Assembly (NCBI GenBank): GCA_037447605.1
Contig: CM074815.1
Location: 806,001-870,000, forward strand
DNA from: Zygnema circumcarinatum SAG 698-1b
Taxonomy: Eukaryota; Plantae; Zygnematophyceae
DNA length: 64,000 bases
Direction of reading: 5' to 3'
Of the stretch, positions 47,588 through 60,600 are shown in pieces. The position numbers and the translations under genes were made by a program. Position 1 is the first letter of the stretch. Each line of letters opens with the position of its first letter. Below the pieces are notes generated by a model, which did not search any database, was not told the origin of the DNA, and saw only the letters and a list, made by a program, of their open reading frames with translations.

Positions 47588-50500
47588 TGTTAGTATTGAG
47601 TGTGCTATAGTTAGACATTATGCGGGTTTCCTGCTTTATTGTTAGTAGTCCTGATTGAAACATGAGATACCTTTAGTAGTGTTCTGGGGAAATACGGTCG
47701 GGCCAAAATATGGGGTGGCCGGTACGCTTTTGGCCTTGAGGAGGATGCCGATTGATAGCCGGCGAGGTAGCGTCAGAACCCTTAGATGCTTGATCCGCCC
47801 GGTGTGGCAATTAACTACGGAGGAGACGAGTGGCAACCATGAGACAAGTGTGGCTGGCCGGAAATCACGGCAACGGAGGTATTTCATCGCGGGCGAAGCG
47901 CGGAAATATTATGCAGTGCAGAAACAGGCATCTTAGCCAGCAGCGTGAGCAGCGCTGTCTGAGGCGAAGCTGGCGGAAGTGCGCTTCCGAAGCGGGCGAC
48001 AAGGTTCAGATGAAGCGGCCAGGCTATGCAGACGACGACTAGATGCGTCTTTGGCGTAGGTTTCGCGAAAGACACATAAAGGCGGATGTTGAAGCAGCGT
48101 GCACAGGCTGGCTGAGCGCGCCAGGGCGGCCGTGACGTGACATCGGTCAACAAGGAAGATGTCACGTAACCGCGGCCATGGCGGTATATAGAGTTTAACT
48201 TTGTTATGAAAAGGATAACCACATTAGACTCGTAGTCCATTGACTTATTACGTGCACATAGGTGTTCTTTGGTACGCCACCTTGTGTCGCCAAGGTAGTG
48301 TAGTAAGGGAAGTAGCTGAGTGAGAGGAAAGGGAACTTCATGTGGGTGACATTCTTATTATAAAAGGAGTTTTAGAGCGTGAGCTTTCCTACTCCTATAC
48401 TCTCACCGATGTGTGATTTCAGCTATTGCTGCGTACGTTCATTCACAATGAGTTATGGGCTACATGGTAGAAGTGAGATAGAGTGAGAGTGAAGATGTCT
48501 TCATGGTGGGAACCAGGTTCCAATGGAGGCGACGAGGTGGCCGCGGGGCAGCGAGCGAATCGGGGCACCCAGCAAGTGGTATGAGCCAATGGTGGCGGCG
48601 GGGACCCGTGAGAGTTCAGCATTCCCGCGTGCGGCGGTCGAGGAAGCGCAAGGGTGGAGATGGCGGTGGTTCCCCGCTTTGCTCGTGGAGCAAGGCTGTT
48701 GGGAGTGCATCAACGCGGACACCATCCAAGGCACGGTGCTTTCTGGGAGGGAGCCGCGGCGGCGTCGGGAGCCACGAAGTGGCCTTTCGCCGAGATGGAG
48801 TGCAAGGACAACAGCGCTCCGCAGGATGCGTCACATGAGTGTGAGAAGTCCTTAAGTCCATGCATGCCAGTCTCAAGACCTCACATGCTATGTGGAGGTG
48901 CTTAGAAGAAGATGTATGATGTAAGGATAGCGTCACGATAGTGAGTCTTTGCAGCGGCTTGGGAAGATGAAGATGACCCGGATGGCGAGTGAATATATGA
49001 GTGAGGAGTTTGATACCTTGATGGAGAGAGGTTCATAGCTCTGGCAGATTAAAGTGACCATAAAGTCGGCCACGCTCTTAGGGGATTGACCTCTAGATTT
49101 GATGTAGCGTCCAGCGTGGCTTAGAATTTGTCCTAACGGGCACAAATGACCCTTGAGCAGAGTGGCGGAGGATCAAGGAGGAGGACACCGTCAAGACACG
49201 GGAGCACCGAGGAGAAGGTGCATGGCGCACTCCTGACGGGGACCGAGAAGGAGGTGCGCCCGAGGGAGTAGGACCCGAGGAGGAGCACTGCGGGAGGCGT
49301 GCTACGTGTGGCTTGGGCAGCCACTACCGGCGGTTGCTACAAGAACAAGAATTACAAGATAGGGAGGCCTTGTGACATTGACAGAAGAAGGAGAAAGAAA
49401 GGCTTCAAGGGATCACCAACTTCCAAGTGCAAGAAGCGAGGTCCTACAAGAGCACCGAATCACGGGAAGGTCGAATGAGAGACCAATCTGATGATGGTGA
49501 GAAAGGCCGAAGGTTCGGCATTTGGGAAGATCGGGTTCGGTCACGAAGCGGCCACAGTTGATCGACTTCGGGCGCTTCCCACACACATGTGTGGCGACAA
49601 GCAGATGTTCTCCACGTTGGACACGCTGGGAGAAGACTCGATCTGTTCACTCGGCAACCGGAGAGGGAGTGACAGTCACGAAGGGTGGAGTAGTCAAGAT
49701 GATTCTCGGAGACGGCTCTGTCATCTACGAAGAGGAGAGGGAGGAGCGTTTGTGTATCGGTGATGTACTCCACACCCCCGAGCTGAAACAGAACTTCATG
49801 TCTGTTAGCCAGGTGTGTAAGAGGGGGTACGAGATCACGTTCAAGGAGAAGTCTTGGTAAGCTCTCACTTGCTTGATGGCAGGGGAGGCTTGGCCCCATT
49901 TGAGGGGTATAGAAGGGAGGCACATGTGCTCTTCATTATAGAAGGGCCAGAGATGAAGATGTGATAGGCACGTAGGCTGAAACTGCCATAAATCTCAGCA
50001 TCGTGAGCTTGGACATCTTAACCGCCGGGGGTTGCAGCGACTTTAACTTCTATAGGGGCTGGTGCGTGGGTTGGAAAGTAGATGTCGTGGAGGAAGGGCT
50101 TTCGGCTTTTAGGTGTGTAGGGAAGGCATGAAGCCATTGCGAGGCGGAGAGAGGCGTACCATGCACGGGGGCGGAGTTGGTTCACACACCGACCTTTGTG
50201 GCCCATTGACACGGCAGCAGAGTGGAGGGCTGGGAGCCCACTTCATCACTTTCTCTCGATGATTTTTAGAGGAAAATTTGGGTGAAAATTCTCAAGAACA
50301 AGTCACGAGGCTTTGGGCCTTGGTGGCAGACTCAGATGGAGGCGAGAAGCTGGGGCGGCCGAAGACTCTGGGCTCCAGACTGGCGGAGGGAGTTCAAGTC
50401 GAAGGAGTTTGGCAGAGTACCTCCAAGGCTACAAGTGGAATTAGGCATGAAATTCTCTGCTCTACTCCCCTCAAAGTAATGGGCTGGCGGGTAAATAGGA

Positions 50501-53500
50501 CGTTGGGGGACATGGCGCTGACCATGAACATAGATTCCCCCTTCCCGACTGGCACACTGGGGAGGCGGTGATGACGCAACACCTTGGAATAGATGCCCAT
50601 CTTATTGCTCCAGGACGAGTTCACGAGGAGGTGTGGTTTGGGGAGAAAGCCTGGTTTCCCTGAAGGCTTTGGGAGCTGGCGATGCGGCAGTCTTGAAGAA
50701 GCGAAGACGAAGAGGAAGTTTGACCGCGAGCCGTTGAAGGATATGTTCGGCTACAACATGGACAGTCGCACCTACAGGATTTGGAACCCGCGAGCGAAGG
50801 AGGTGCAGAGCTCGAGGGACATCACGGTGGACGAGAAAGGGGCGGTGACACGGCTAGGTGAGACCCAGCCCCAAAAGGCAGGATTGGAGATTGTGTATGA
50901 GGACGTGGAGACCAGCGGAGAAGGCGTTGAAGCCTCTCGAGGTCCCGACTTTGGAAGTCGGCATATCTTGGGAGGAAGCGAAGGAGGCGGCTTTCGAGGA
51001 GGAGGCTTGATACGGTTGTCGGCGGGCGGGAAGTCGGAAACGAGAGTACATAGCGAGGAAGCGAGGAATGCGAGAGCGGCCCACTACACACTCACATCAG
51101 ATAGAAGGCTTCGGTCAAAGCGGCCTGCTGCACGGGCGAGTGTTCACGAGACTTGGATATGGCGAGAGGCGATGAGAGGCAGAGATACACTCCGGGATTT
51201 GTTCATTTTCTTCAACTCGAGGTAGGAAGCGCAGAGGCATGAGGAACAACCGATGTGGTGAGGAAGGCGAGCGATCTGACGTCATGGTCTTTGTGCAAGA
51301 GAGTGCTACGGACTCTGGCGACCTCGCGGGGAGTTGCCCCTTTGCTACATGATCAGCGAGCACTTAAACGCCGAGGAGGCTACGCGTGCAAATTGATGGA
51401 AGCGAAGTGGCGGCAGCGGTCGATAGCGGTGGAATAATTACGATAGAAGAGCGGGGCGTGGCGGCGGAGAAGCTGCCCAGAAGGGAAGGAGAGCCATTGG
51501 ATGCAAGTGGGTGTTCAAGGTGAAGCGAAAGGCGGACGGGAGTGTCGACCGTTACAAGGCGCGGCTGGTGGCGAAGGGCTACAGCCAGAAGTACGGAATC
51601 GACTACACGGAGACTTTCGCCCCGGTGGTGAAGTTTAACTCCCTCCGTGCCCTAATCTCGATCGCAGCTGCTGAGGGGATGCATGTCCATCAGTTAGATA
51701 TCAAGACCGCGTTTCTGTACGGAGATCTCGCTGAGGAGATCTACATGGAGCAGCCCGAAGGGAAAGTTGTCCCGGGGCAGGAGCATCTCGTCTGTCGCCT
51801 AGTGAAGAGTACGTACGAATTTGAAGCGGGCACCGGGGATCGATGCGGAAGATTGGCGTCTTACCGAGCAGCAGATTTCTTGCGCTTTGAGGCGGATCAT
51901 TAGTCTACCGACAGGAGGAGGAGATCTCATATCGTTGGGATCACGTGGATGACCTCATTATGGTGAGTCTCTCAGCACGGGAAGAATCAATGATCACGAA
52001 GAAGCTTTGCAGCTAACTTCCAAATGTCGGATCTGGGGAGCCTTGATATCTCACAGGGATCTGGCAATTTTGTGAGAGGCGGGGCGAATGCATTTCCCTA
52101 AGTTAGAAAGAAGTACGCCCTTGGATGTACTAGCGAGTTCAATATGGAGGAGTGGGGCCGTGCCCGGTCCAGATGGAGATGTGTGGTGTCGAATATGGAG
52201 CCAGCGGCAGTTGTGAGTGCAGTACATGTCTGAGTCTTGCGTCTGAGATCTCACTATCGGAGGCCAATGTACCCTAATGATTGAGTACCCGGCCCAGGAC
52301 TTGGCCGAGGCATGGCTGGCCGCCGTCGGTTCATGGAGAATCCCGGCCACCCCGAGCATTGCAGGAGGCGTAAGCGAATCTTTGGTTGTCACGAGAGGAC
52401 CACAGATGCAGACCGTTACGAGAAGGCGAATAAGTGATCCAGATACACCGACTCGGCGGGGAGAGTAGCGTGGAACCACTCCTTGTCGACCTCCGGATTT
52501 GTTTACACGAGCGGTGGAGGCGATCTCATGGGCTGAAACTCACGAGGATTGGGTTAGTTGTCTGTACCCAGAATTACATGGGAGCATGTCGCAGCGGCGA
52601 AGGAGGGAGTTTGGTTCAACATTTCTTTGATGAGTGTAAGGGGCACAGCGTCCCACTTGACTTTTGTTCACGCGGATGTCCGATTAGATCCACTTAACTC
52701 TTTGGGCAGCCCTGTGTTTTTCATAAAGGACAAAAGCATTAGAGTACAATACCATTATGTGCGAGAATTAGTAGAGGAGGGGATGATTGTTGTGAAGTTC
52801 GTGGGGACGAAGGAGCAGGCTGCGGATATGTTGACTAAAGGAGTTGGTGGTGAGGCGCTCTTAGTGAATACCATGGGAGCTTCGTGAGGCTAGGAGCCCG
52901 TGAGGAAGCTGAGGCCCAGAGAGGATTGTTGAGTGTTAGTGTCTTTATAGTTAGACATTATGCGGGTTCACACTAACATTGTTGTGGTCCTCGGTTGGCT
53001 GTAGAGATACGCTAGTAATTGATTTCTAGGAAATAAGTCCGGGCCAGTAGCCGGTGGCGCGTCGCTTTGAGCGCGGAGGAGGATGGCCGGTGATGTCAGT
53101 GAACGTCCGGACCTGGTGCGGTCGTGAGGCTCTGTGGCGAGTCAACTTCTGAGGAGGAGCCGAGAGTCGGCGGCCCGCAGCGGACAGGAATGTGGCTGGC
53201 GAAATGCGGCAGCGGAGATTTAAATGGCGGGCGGCGAATAATGTGCAGATGCCTTGTAGAAACAGGCATCTACAGGCGGCGTGAACCCAGCCTCCTGAGA
53301 CGAAGCGTGGAGATTACTGCCTTTCGAAACGGGCGACAAATTCGAGATGGTAGCCAGGCTATGCAGACATTTGACTAGAGTGTCTTTGGCGTAGGATTTC
53401 ACTGAAAGACATAAAAGCCCCAGATGTTGAAGCAGCGATACACAGCTCTTGAGCGCGAGGCAGCGTGGCGTGACATGTGCTGAGAAATATCATGCTTTCA

Positions 53501-53922
53501 CGGCCATAGCGGTATATAAGGTTTAACTTTATTTATGAAGGATAACCACATTGAACTCGTAGTCGTGACTTATTACATTACTTTGCACAAATGTTCTTTG
53601 GGGCACATACAGCACGTGTCATAGGTGAGTGAGTAAGGGAGAAGTAGCTAGTGAAGGGGAGAACTTCATGTGGGTGACATTCTTGTATAAAAAGGAGTTT
53701 TAGAAGTGAGGCTCTCTCACATGCTCTCTCAAATTGTGTGATTTCCAGCTGTGCTGCGTCCTGCATTCATTGCACATGAGTTATGGGCTATAGGTGAAGT
53801 GAGATAGAAATTGAGAGAGAGTGAAGATATGTCTTCATAGAGTGGGAGCAGGAGTTCAATGGAGAGGCTGACAGCGAGGTGGCGCCCGAGGAGAAGCGGC
53901 CCGAGCAGTCCAGACTCCAACA
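47588..53922 (+). mobile_element. Full-length Ty1/Copia inserted in the chromovirus pol
   Basis: LTRs ~47588-48574 and ~52927-53922; PBS at 48577; gag, protease, integrase (VHTDLCGP), RT KWVFKVKRKADGSVDRYKARLVAKGYSQKYGIDY, RNase H IRVQYHYVRELV. Confidence 0.88.
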
Positions 53923-54025
53923 CCAGTAGATTACATGTCGGCTGGAAGAATTTGATGTAGCAGAACCCAGCGGCGAGGCGGCCTGGGCACATCTTGCGGA
54001 TGGTGGCGGCTCGTGGAAACTCGGT

Positions 54026-55014
54026 GTTGGTGGTGGTGTTGGCAGTGTGCTTTATAGTTGGGCATTATGCGGGTTCACTAACATTGTTGTAGTCCTCAGT
54101 TAGGAAACATGAGATACGCTAGTAGTGTTCCTAGGAAATGCAGTGGGCCAAATGTCGATTAGCCATTACGCTTTTCAGCGAACGCGGAGGATAGCCGGTG
54201 ATGTGGCGGAACAGCGTCAGAGACCCTTAGTGCGGTCAGCGAATTTCAGCCGGCGGAGTGTCTGGAGGAAGACCGAGGTCAGCGGCCACCAGCGGACAAG
54301 TGTAACAGCGGAATCACGCAGCGGGAGATTTCGTCAGCGGGCCAGCGGGCTCAATAGTATGCAGTCTGCCTTGAGAGAAACGGAACATGCTGGCAGCGGC
54401 GGGCAGCGTGCAGGGCGAAGCGGCGGGGGATTCTAGCGGCGAGCGGGCGACAAACTCCGAGATGGCCCGGAAGCTATGCGGGCGGCGGCTAGGTAAGTCT
54501 TTGGCGTAGGTTTGCGAAAAGCCCCTTAAAGGCGGCCCCGGATGTTGAGCAGCGTACAGGCATTGAAGCGCGCATGAGGGCGGCGTGGCGTGACATCAGT
54601 CAACAGAAGATGTCACGTAACACGGCCATGGCGGTATATAGGGTTTAGCTTTTGTTATGAAGGATAGCCACATTGAACTCTTGTAGTCAAGTGACTTATT
54701 ACGTACACTTTCGTGTTGCTGGGCTGCCACTTGTGTATGCAAGGTAGTAGTAGAGGGAGAGAAAGTAGCTAGTGAGAGGAGAAACTTCATGTGGGTGACA
54801 TTCTTATTATAAAGGAGTTTTAGAGCCGTGAGCTTTCTCACATACTCTCTAGTGTGTGTGATTTCATTTGTGCTGCGTCTAGCGTTCATTACGTGAGTTA
54901 TAGGCTATGAGTGAAGTGAGATAGAGTGAAAGTGAAGATGTCTTCATCCGGTGGAACGGAGTTCCAATGGGCGACCTTGAGTGGCCGGGAAGCGGCAGCA
55001 GTCCAGAACTCAAC
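54026..55014 (+). mobile_element. Solo LTR of the same Copia family inside the chromovirus pol
   Basis: Homologous along its length to the LTRs at 47588 and 52927; flanked on both sides by Gypsy pol sequence. Confidence 0.8.
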
Positions 55015-57563
55015 GATTGGTGGAAGCGAGATAGCGAAGGTGAGGGGCGGCCCAGCCAGGAGTCTCTAGTCTCAGTATGCTGTCATAGATCCCACTCCAC
55101 GGTGGCCTTGATCAGCCTCCTTCTCTCTACGTCTCGAGGCAGAATATTCAGGAGAGGCTATCTGCGAGTGATCACTTTGTTCTGAATGGCAAAGGTAATA
55201 GGTATAAGGACAAGAAGTGGTAATAAAGGCAGATTTTTAGTACCACGGCGAGCAGTTGAGTAGTACTTGAGGCGGGAGGCTTTGTCTGGCGGCTCGATGC
55301 AGGTGAGCTACATGATCCTCAGGTACCGAGGAGTCACATGGGAGTGCAAAACACGTGAGGCCTTTGCTCAGAGAGTTCTGGTGGCCTGGACTCTCGAGGG
55401 ATGTGAAAGCGTATGTACTCGCTTGTCCAACTTGTCAGCGAAACAAACCCCGCACTGGCAGGATCCCTGGCCAGCTGCAACCCCTCACACCTCCTTTTCG
55501 GAAATGGGACAGTGTGGGTATGGACTTGATCACAGATCTTCCTGTGACACCTCGGGGGCATGACTCCATCCTCGTCTTTGTCGATCGGCTCAGCAAGATG
55601 GTGCATTTAGCACCAACTACTAAGCCCGCTGGGGCCGACGAGATAGCACGCTTGTATGTTGACAAAGTGTGGAGCGGCATGGTCTTGATCGAGAACTTGT
55701 GTCGGCGATCTAATTCACGGTATTTTTTGGGCGGAAGTGCTCAAAATCGTTGGGACCAAGCGGCGTTGAGTCTGACTTTCCACCCCTTAAGCCGTGGCGG
55801 GGCGAGCGGGTGAGCGGATCACGGAGGATTACCTCGGCATTATATGGGACCTACGGATGGGTGGGACGGCTGCTCCCGGTGGGTGAGTATGCCATCAATA
55901 ATGCTTACAAGGAATCCATTGCTACCACCCCTTTCGTCCTGAACATTGGTCAGCACCCTCTAAATCCCCTGCAACCAAGGGATCAGCCCCCTGATCCGTG
56001 GAACATGGGCGTCCACAGAACCCCCGATCCTTGGAAGCTGAGAGGAACTGATGGGACTCAACCTCCCGCAGTCAGATCTTTTGTCCGGTAATATGCGAGG
56101 CCTTTGCGAGAGGAGCACGGCGGAACCTGCTAGCGGCCCGGTCGCGACAAAGGCCTATGCTGACGATCCGCGTACCCAACTCACACCTTGATGAGGCGTG
56201 AGGTGTTCTAGCTGATGCGGCGAACTTGAGACTCAAAGCTTATGGCGGAACACGTAAGCTGTGGCCCCGTTTCATAGGACCTTTTAAAGTCGTGAAGCGA
56301 ATCAATGATGTCGCTTACCGGTTGGCTTTACCAGCTCATATGAAGGTGCATCCGGTCTTTCATGTGGGAGGTTGTTAAAGGCCTACCGTAGCGATGGGAG
56401 GATCCAGCCACCTCCCCCACCAGTGGAACTTGAAAGTGAACTTGAGTATGAAGTTGAAACCATTCAAGCCCACGATATTGTGAGCAAGAAGATTGATCTT
56501 CACGTCCGCGAATACCTGCGTGAAATGAATTTGGAGCTGTAAGTTTGAACATAGCATAGGAAGCCGAGGCAACAGCAATTGCAGGCTCATCCGCTTATAC
56601 TTTGGGAAGCGCGAGGCCGCGGGGAGAAGCTGACGAGGCGGCGGGGAAGTCGTGTGTAACCTTTCTGATCACCCATGGGAGAGTACTTAGGGCAGCGCTC
56701 CGTCCCACAAATACTCTCACCCGAGCGCGGGCGGTGGCCAAACGTCGGGGACCACAGAGACGGGGAAGGGTCACAGGATGAACCTGCGAAGGTTGCAAGA
56801 GGTTGATGCAGCGTATGACTATCTTGAGAACTTATATATGTATCGGCGTGTAGATGTGGTCGAGGATCCGCGGAGTCCCGGCCACATGCCTTCGTTTTGA
56901 GCACGTAACCGTCGTCCGTACAATTACGGGTCCGCAGATTGATGCGGGCAATTTGCCGATCGAATCAGCGCGCGCGCGGGATCAGCGTATTGCACAGCGT
57001 CTGTGGCCGCTTGGCTCATGGCCAGCGCCGCCAGGCGAATGCGGTGGCGTTCATGGGTATACACCTCGACCATTCAGGTGAGGAGAGGTTTCTACCGGCG
57101 ATCTGCCATTGGACGACCACTGCTTCCAATCCTCCATCTTTGGTAGGAGGTTCCAGCGGGAGAAGCGTAAAGAGGCTGAGGGTGGCTGTCATCACCCAAC
57201 AAGCGTGCCGGCATTCAGTTTGCACCCTTGTTGCGCCACCGCCGAGCGGCTCTCTCTCGGCGAACTCGGAGTCTTTGACCGAGTGTTATTCAGCGGTGAA
57301 GGAGTTAGATTCGGCGGCCTTACATTGACACTGGCCGTCCCCGCGCAACTCGGAAAGGGACTTGACCGGGATTATCGCAAAGCCCTCCCGGTTATCACGT
57401 AGACTTCGACGCGTGCCGTTGAAACTACGAGCTGCCTTTACTACCCCACACACGTGAACGAGGGCGTTCACATTCTCATAGGAGGGGAGTAATGTAGCGA
57501 AACGCTACAGTCACCCCAAGGGGGAAGGGTTACTTAAGGCCCGGCGTGGCTTTATGTTTCCAT

Positions 57564-57643
57564 CCAATGCGGTACCTAATGGTTAGGGCATCGGATACCC
57601 TATAGGACGACGGAGGTCCTAGGTTCGAACCGTAAGAACTGGT
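57564..57643 (+). other. tRNA-derived segment inside the 3' LTR of element X
   Basis: Same sequence as 39860-39939 with one substitution in the T stem. Confidence 0.65.
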
Positions 57644-60600
57644 TCACCCGTGGGGCCACCAGGTAGGCTTGGTGGGCCCCACATCAACCTTTAACGTACC
57701 CTCCTCTGTGTGGAAGAGGATTGGGACTTAACGGAACCACGGGACCAATCCGGTCCCGGATGTCAGACGCGGCCGAGATCCCCAGGCCAGCGTTTTAGGT
57801 CAGGTACAATTCACAGTTGCCGGGTTAGTGGTGAGGACGAGTGGCAGAATGAACAGCGGCAGCGTGATAGGATCGACCGTGCAGCGGCGTGCGGTGGCGC
57901 GTTGAAGGCGCGCTGGAATGCGGTGGCGTTACGTCACATTATACACCTCGGCATTGGTCGAGAGAGAGAGGAACGTGTGATACGCCATTGGGCGGCCACT
58001 TCCCGATCACTCCATCTTTGGTAGGAGGAGGTTGATTGGGGAAGCGTAAAGTAAAAGGTGGCTGTGCGGCCCAGCAACGTACCGGCATTCAGTTGCACCC
58101 GCGAGCTGCACGCCACCCTCTGAAAACTCTCTCTCTCTCTCTTCTTTGAACTCACGAGAGTCTTGGAATTGTGTTGTTGTTCAGCATTTGAAGAAGAAGC
58201 GGTTTCGATCGTTACACTCTCCTCTCTCTCACACTTAGCATCTGTTCTTTGGGCGAAGAGGAAGAAGAAGAACAAGACAACAAACCACACAGCAATGCAA
58301 AAGCCACTAAGCCCGGCACTAAAAGACAAACTAGCATCACTACATCCCATCTACTTTATGCCCGGCGGTAGATCACGAGTCTTAGCAGTGGCAGTCTGAT
58401 TGGCCAACTGCCCGAGGCTGGCCGGCTACTTGGAGCCTTATGATAGGTCAACAAATGACAATCCCGGCATTTTAGCGCTTCGAGGTGCGCCTAGCTGAAT
58501 GGTGTGTGCTGCGTTCATTGGAGCACGCCAACACTGGCGCCGCCTTCGCATTTTCCGTCACCGGCAACTCACGGATTATGCGGTCCGTGACACTGAATAT
58601 GAATATGTCAAGTACAACTGAGCGAGCGTGAGATCCGTGGAAACGCGCTCCGTTACGCTACATACATATACATGCGAAACAAAGCATACGCCCTTACTTG
58701 AGCTGCTTAATGAACAAAGAAGCGGGGATGAGACAATGATAGCGTGGGCGAGGCGCGTGAGGCGGAGTAGGGGAGTAAGGAGAAGCTTCGCGTACATTGG
58801 CAATGGGGGGAGTATTGGCGGGGCCCAGGAGGTGGATGAGGGTAAGACAAATTCAAAATCGAAAGGCTCACGGCCAATTTGGCCGAAATGGTGGCCGGCG
58901 GCAAAAGTGGCGGGGAGGAATGAGGAAATGGACCAATGAGGAGTGGAGTCATGGCGGTACGGGATGGCCGGTGCTGGCAGCTTCAGCGGGGGAGAACCGC
59001 AGGGCGTGGCGGCACGGAAAATACGTCAGTGTGACGCGCCCGGCGCGGCGTTTCCGCAGAGTCGGGAGGCCCTCCCGAAATGATGATGGCCCAACACGGG
59101 ATCTCCGGCGGACGACACAAATGAAGAGGGGCCCAACCCGCGGGGAAAACCCCGTTGGTCGGTTTGGCAAGATTCACGGGCAAATGAGCTGACGTGGCGC
59201 GGCGGGGTGGGGCGGGAGAAGCGGCCTTTGTCGGCGTCTCCCAAAGTGGGGTGAGTTGTGCGTCTGTCTTGGCGTTGAGGTGGTGGGGAGGAGGCCATGG
59301 AATCTAGGGTTTGGAAGCGCGAGGGCAGGCTGAAGCTAAGGCGACCGGGCTCAGGAGGCCAGCGTCGCCGTAGAAGAGAGGGGCTCGGCGAGAGAGAGGA
59401 GGTCAAAGGGAATGCGGGGCTTCACGGCCATAGAGGAGCTTCGTAGGGAGAAGCCCGGTGGAGGTGAAGCGAGGAGGTGAGTATGCGTGAAGGCGGGGAG
59501 GGATGACCTGGCGTTCACCTCTCGGCTACAGCGCGGCAGCGAGCGCCGCGCATCGCTTGACATACGTATGGTACGTTACGCGGCGGCTACGCGAGGGTAG
59601 GGAGGGCTAGGAATTAAGGTGAACTGATGCGGAATCACATGAAGCAGCAAACGCCCCCTTGTATTCGGTGCCATTGTCAGAGTGGACAGAGTAGGGGAGA
59701 GAGTGGCGGTGAATTATGGCCGTCAGGAGGCGAGCAGAGTGGATGGAATGCTTAGATTCTGTCGCGTGAACTTCCACCCACTTGGTGTATCTGTCCACGG
59801 CTAGGAAGACCCGAATGTAGCCAGAGGGGGTGTCGAGCTGGGGGATAGAAAAGGTGTCAATGTTCCAATCTTCGGCGACGCCTCGTATGGGGATCTCACC
59901 CATCTCCGGGGGTTAGCGGTCGGGGAAGCGGGCGGCTTGCCCGGCGTTAGCGGCGGAGTGCGGTTTTAGATGTAGGCTCACGCCGCGCGCGGGGGCGGGC
60001 CAATATGCGCGCTCTGCCGGCGGGGCGACCATCTTCTTACGGCCAGGTGGAATCCGCGGTGAGAATGCGTGGTGACATCAAGAATCTCCATGCGTTCGTT
60101 GGGGAGCGAGGGGAAGGCTAGAGGGAGTATAGAATGTCCTTCATCATCAGTTCGGCCTTGGCGGAGCGAGCCAGAGCCTCTCGGTGTCAAGTGATAAGGG
60201 GGGCTTATGTCTTGAGGTCATGGCGTGGCCTTGAGAAGGGAAAGTCTGAATGGGCGTCATTGTAGCCCAGGGAAGAAATAAGGGAGGAAGGAAAGGAGGC
60301 GTGGCCATCATATACATAGAGTTCCCGCGGATCCGCATGGGGGTGGCCGTGGGTGAAGTCAGGGTCCTGCCAGCGATGGAGGGTGGTGGCCCGTGGCCGG
60401 AATATCGATCAGCCCATCTGCGAATATGACATCATGCAGGTCTTGATCGGCAATAAAAATCTCAATGGGAAGATGCTCAGGGTTCAAGAGGGTGGGTGGA
60501 GGGATGGGTTCATGAACGGCCGGATCGTGACAGAGGAGGGGAGCCGAAGGATTTCGACTGAGGCCGTCTGCATTGCCGTGGCTCCGTCCGGGACGGTGAG

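Larger units (their letters stand above)
44053..57324 (+). mobile_element. Chromovirus-type Ty3/Gypsy element Y (5' LTR remnant 44053-44462; 3' LTR ~56770-57324)
   Basis: PBS TGGTATCAGAGC at 44465; protease LLDTGADANFVS ~45855; RT FTSLDLAQGYHQIRV..PKTAFRT; RNase H YEVVCDASG; integrase CPTCQRNK..GMDLITDLP..FVDRLSKM; GPF motif; chromodomain-like EYEVETI..YL ~56440. Confidence 0.82.
39789..58216 (+). mobile_element. LTR retroelement X with tRNA-bearing LTRs (5' LTR start 39789-39971; 3' LTR 57493-58216)
   Basis: The first ~183 bp are near-identical in both copies; TG...CA ends; PPT GGAGGGGAGTAA at 57481-57492; CTCTC target-site duplication on both sides. Confidence 0.75.
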
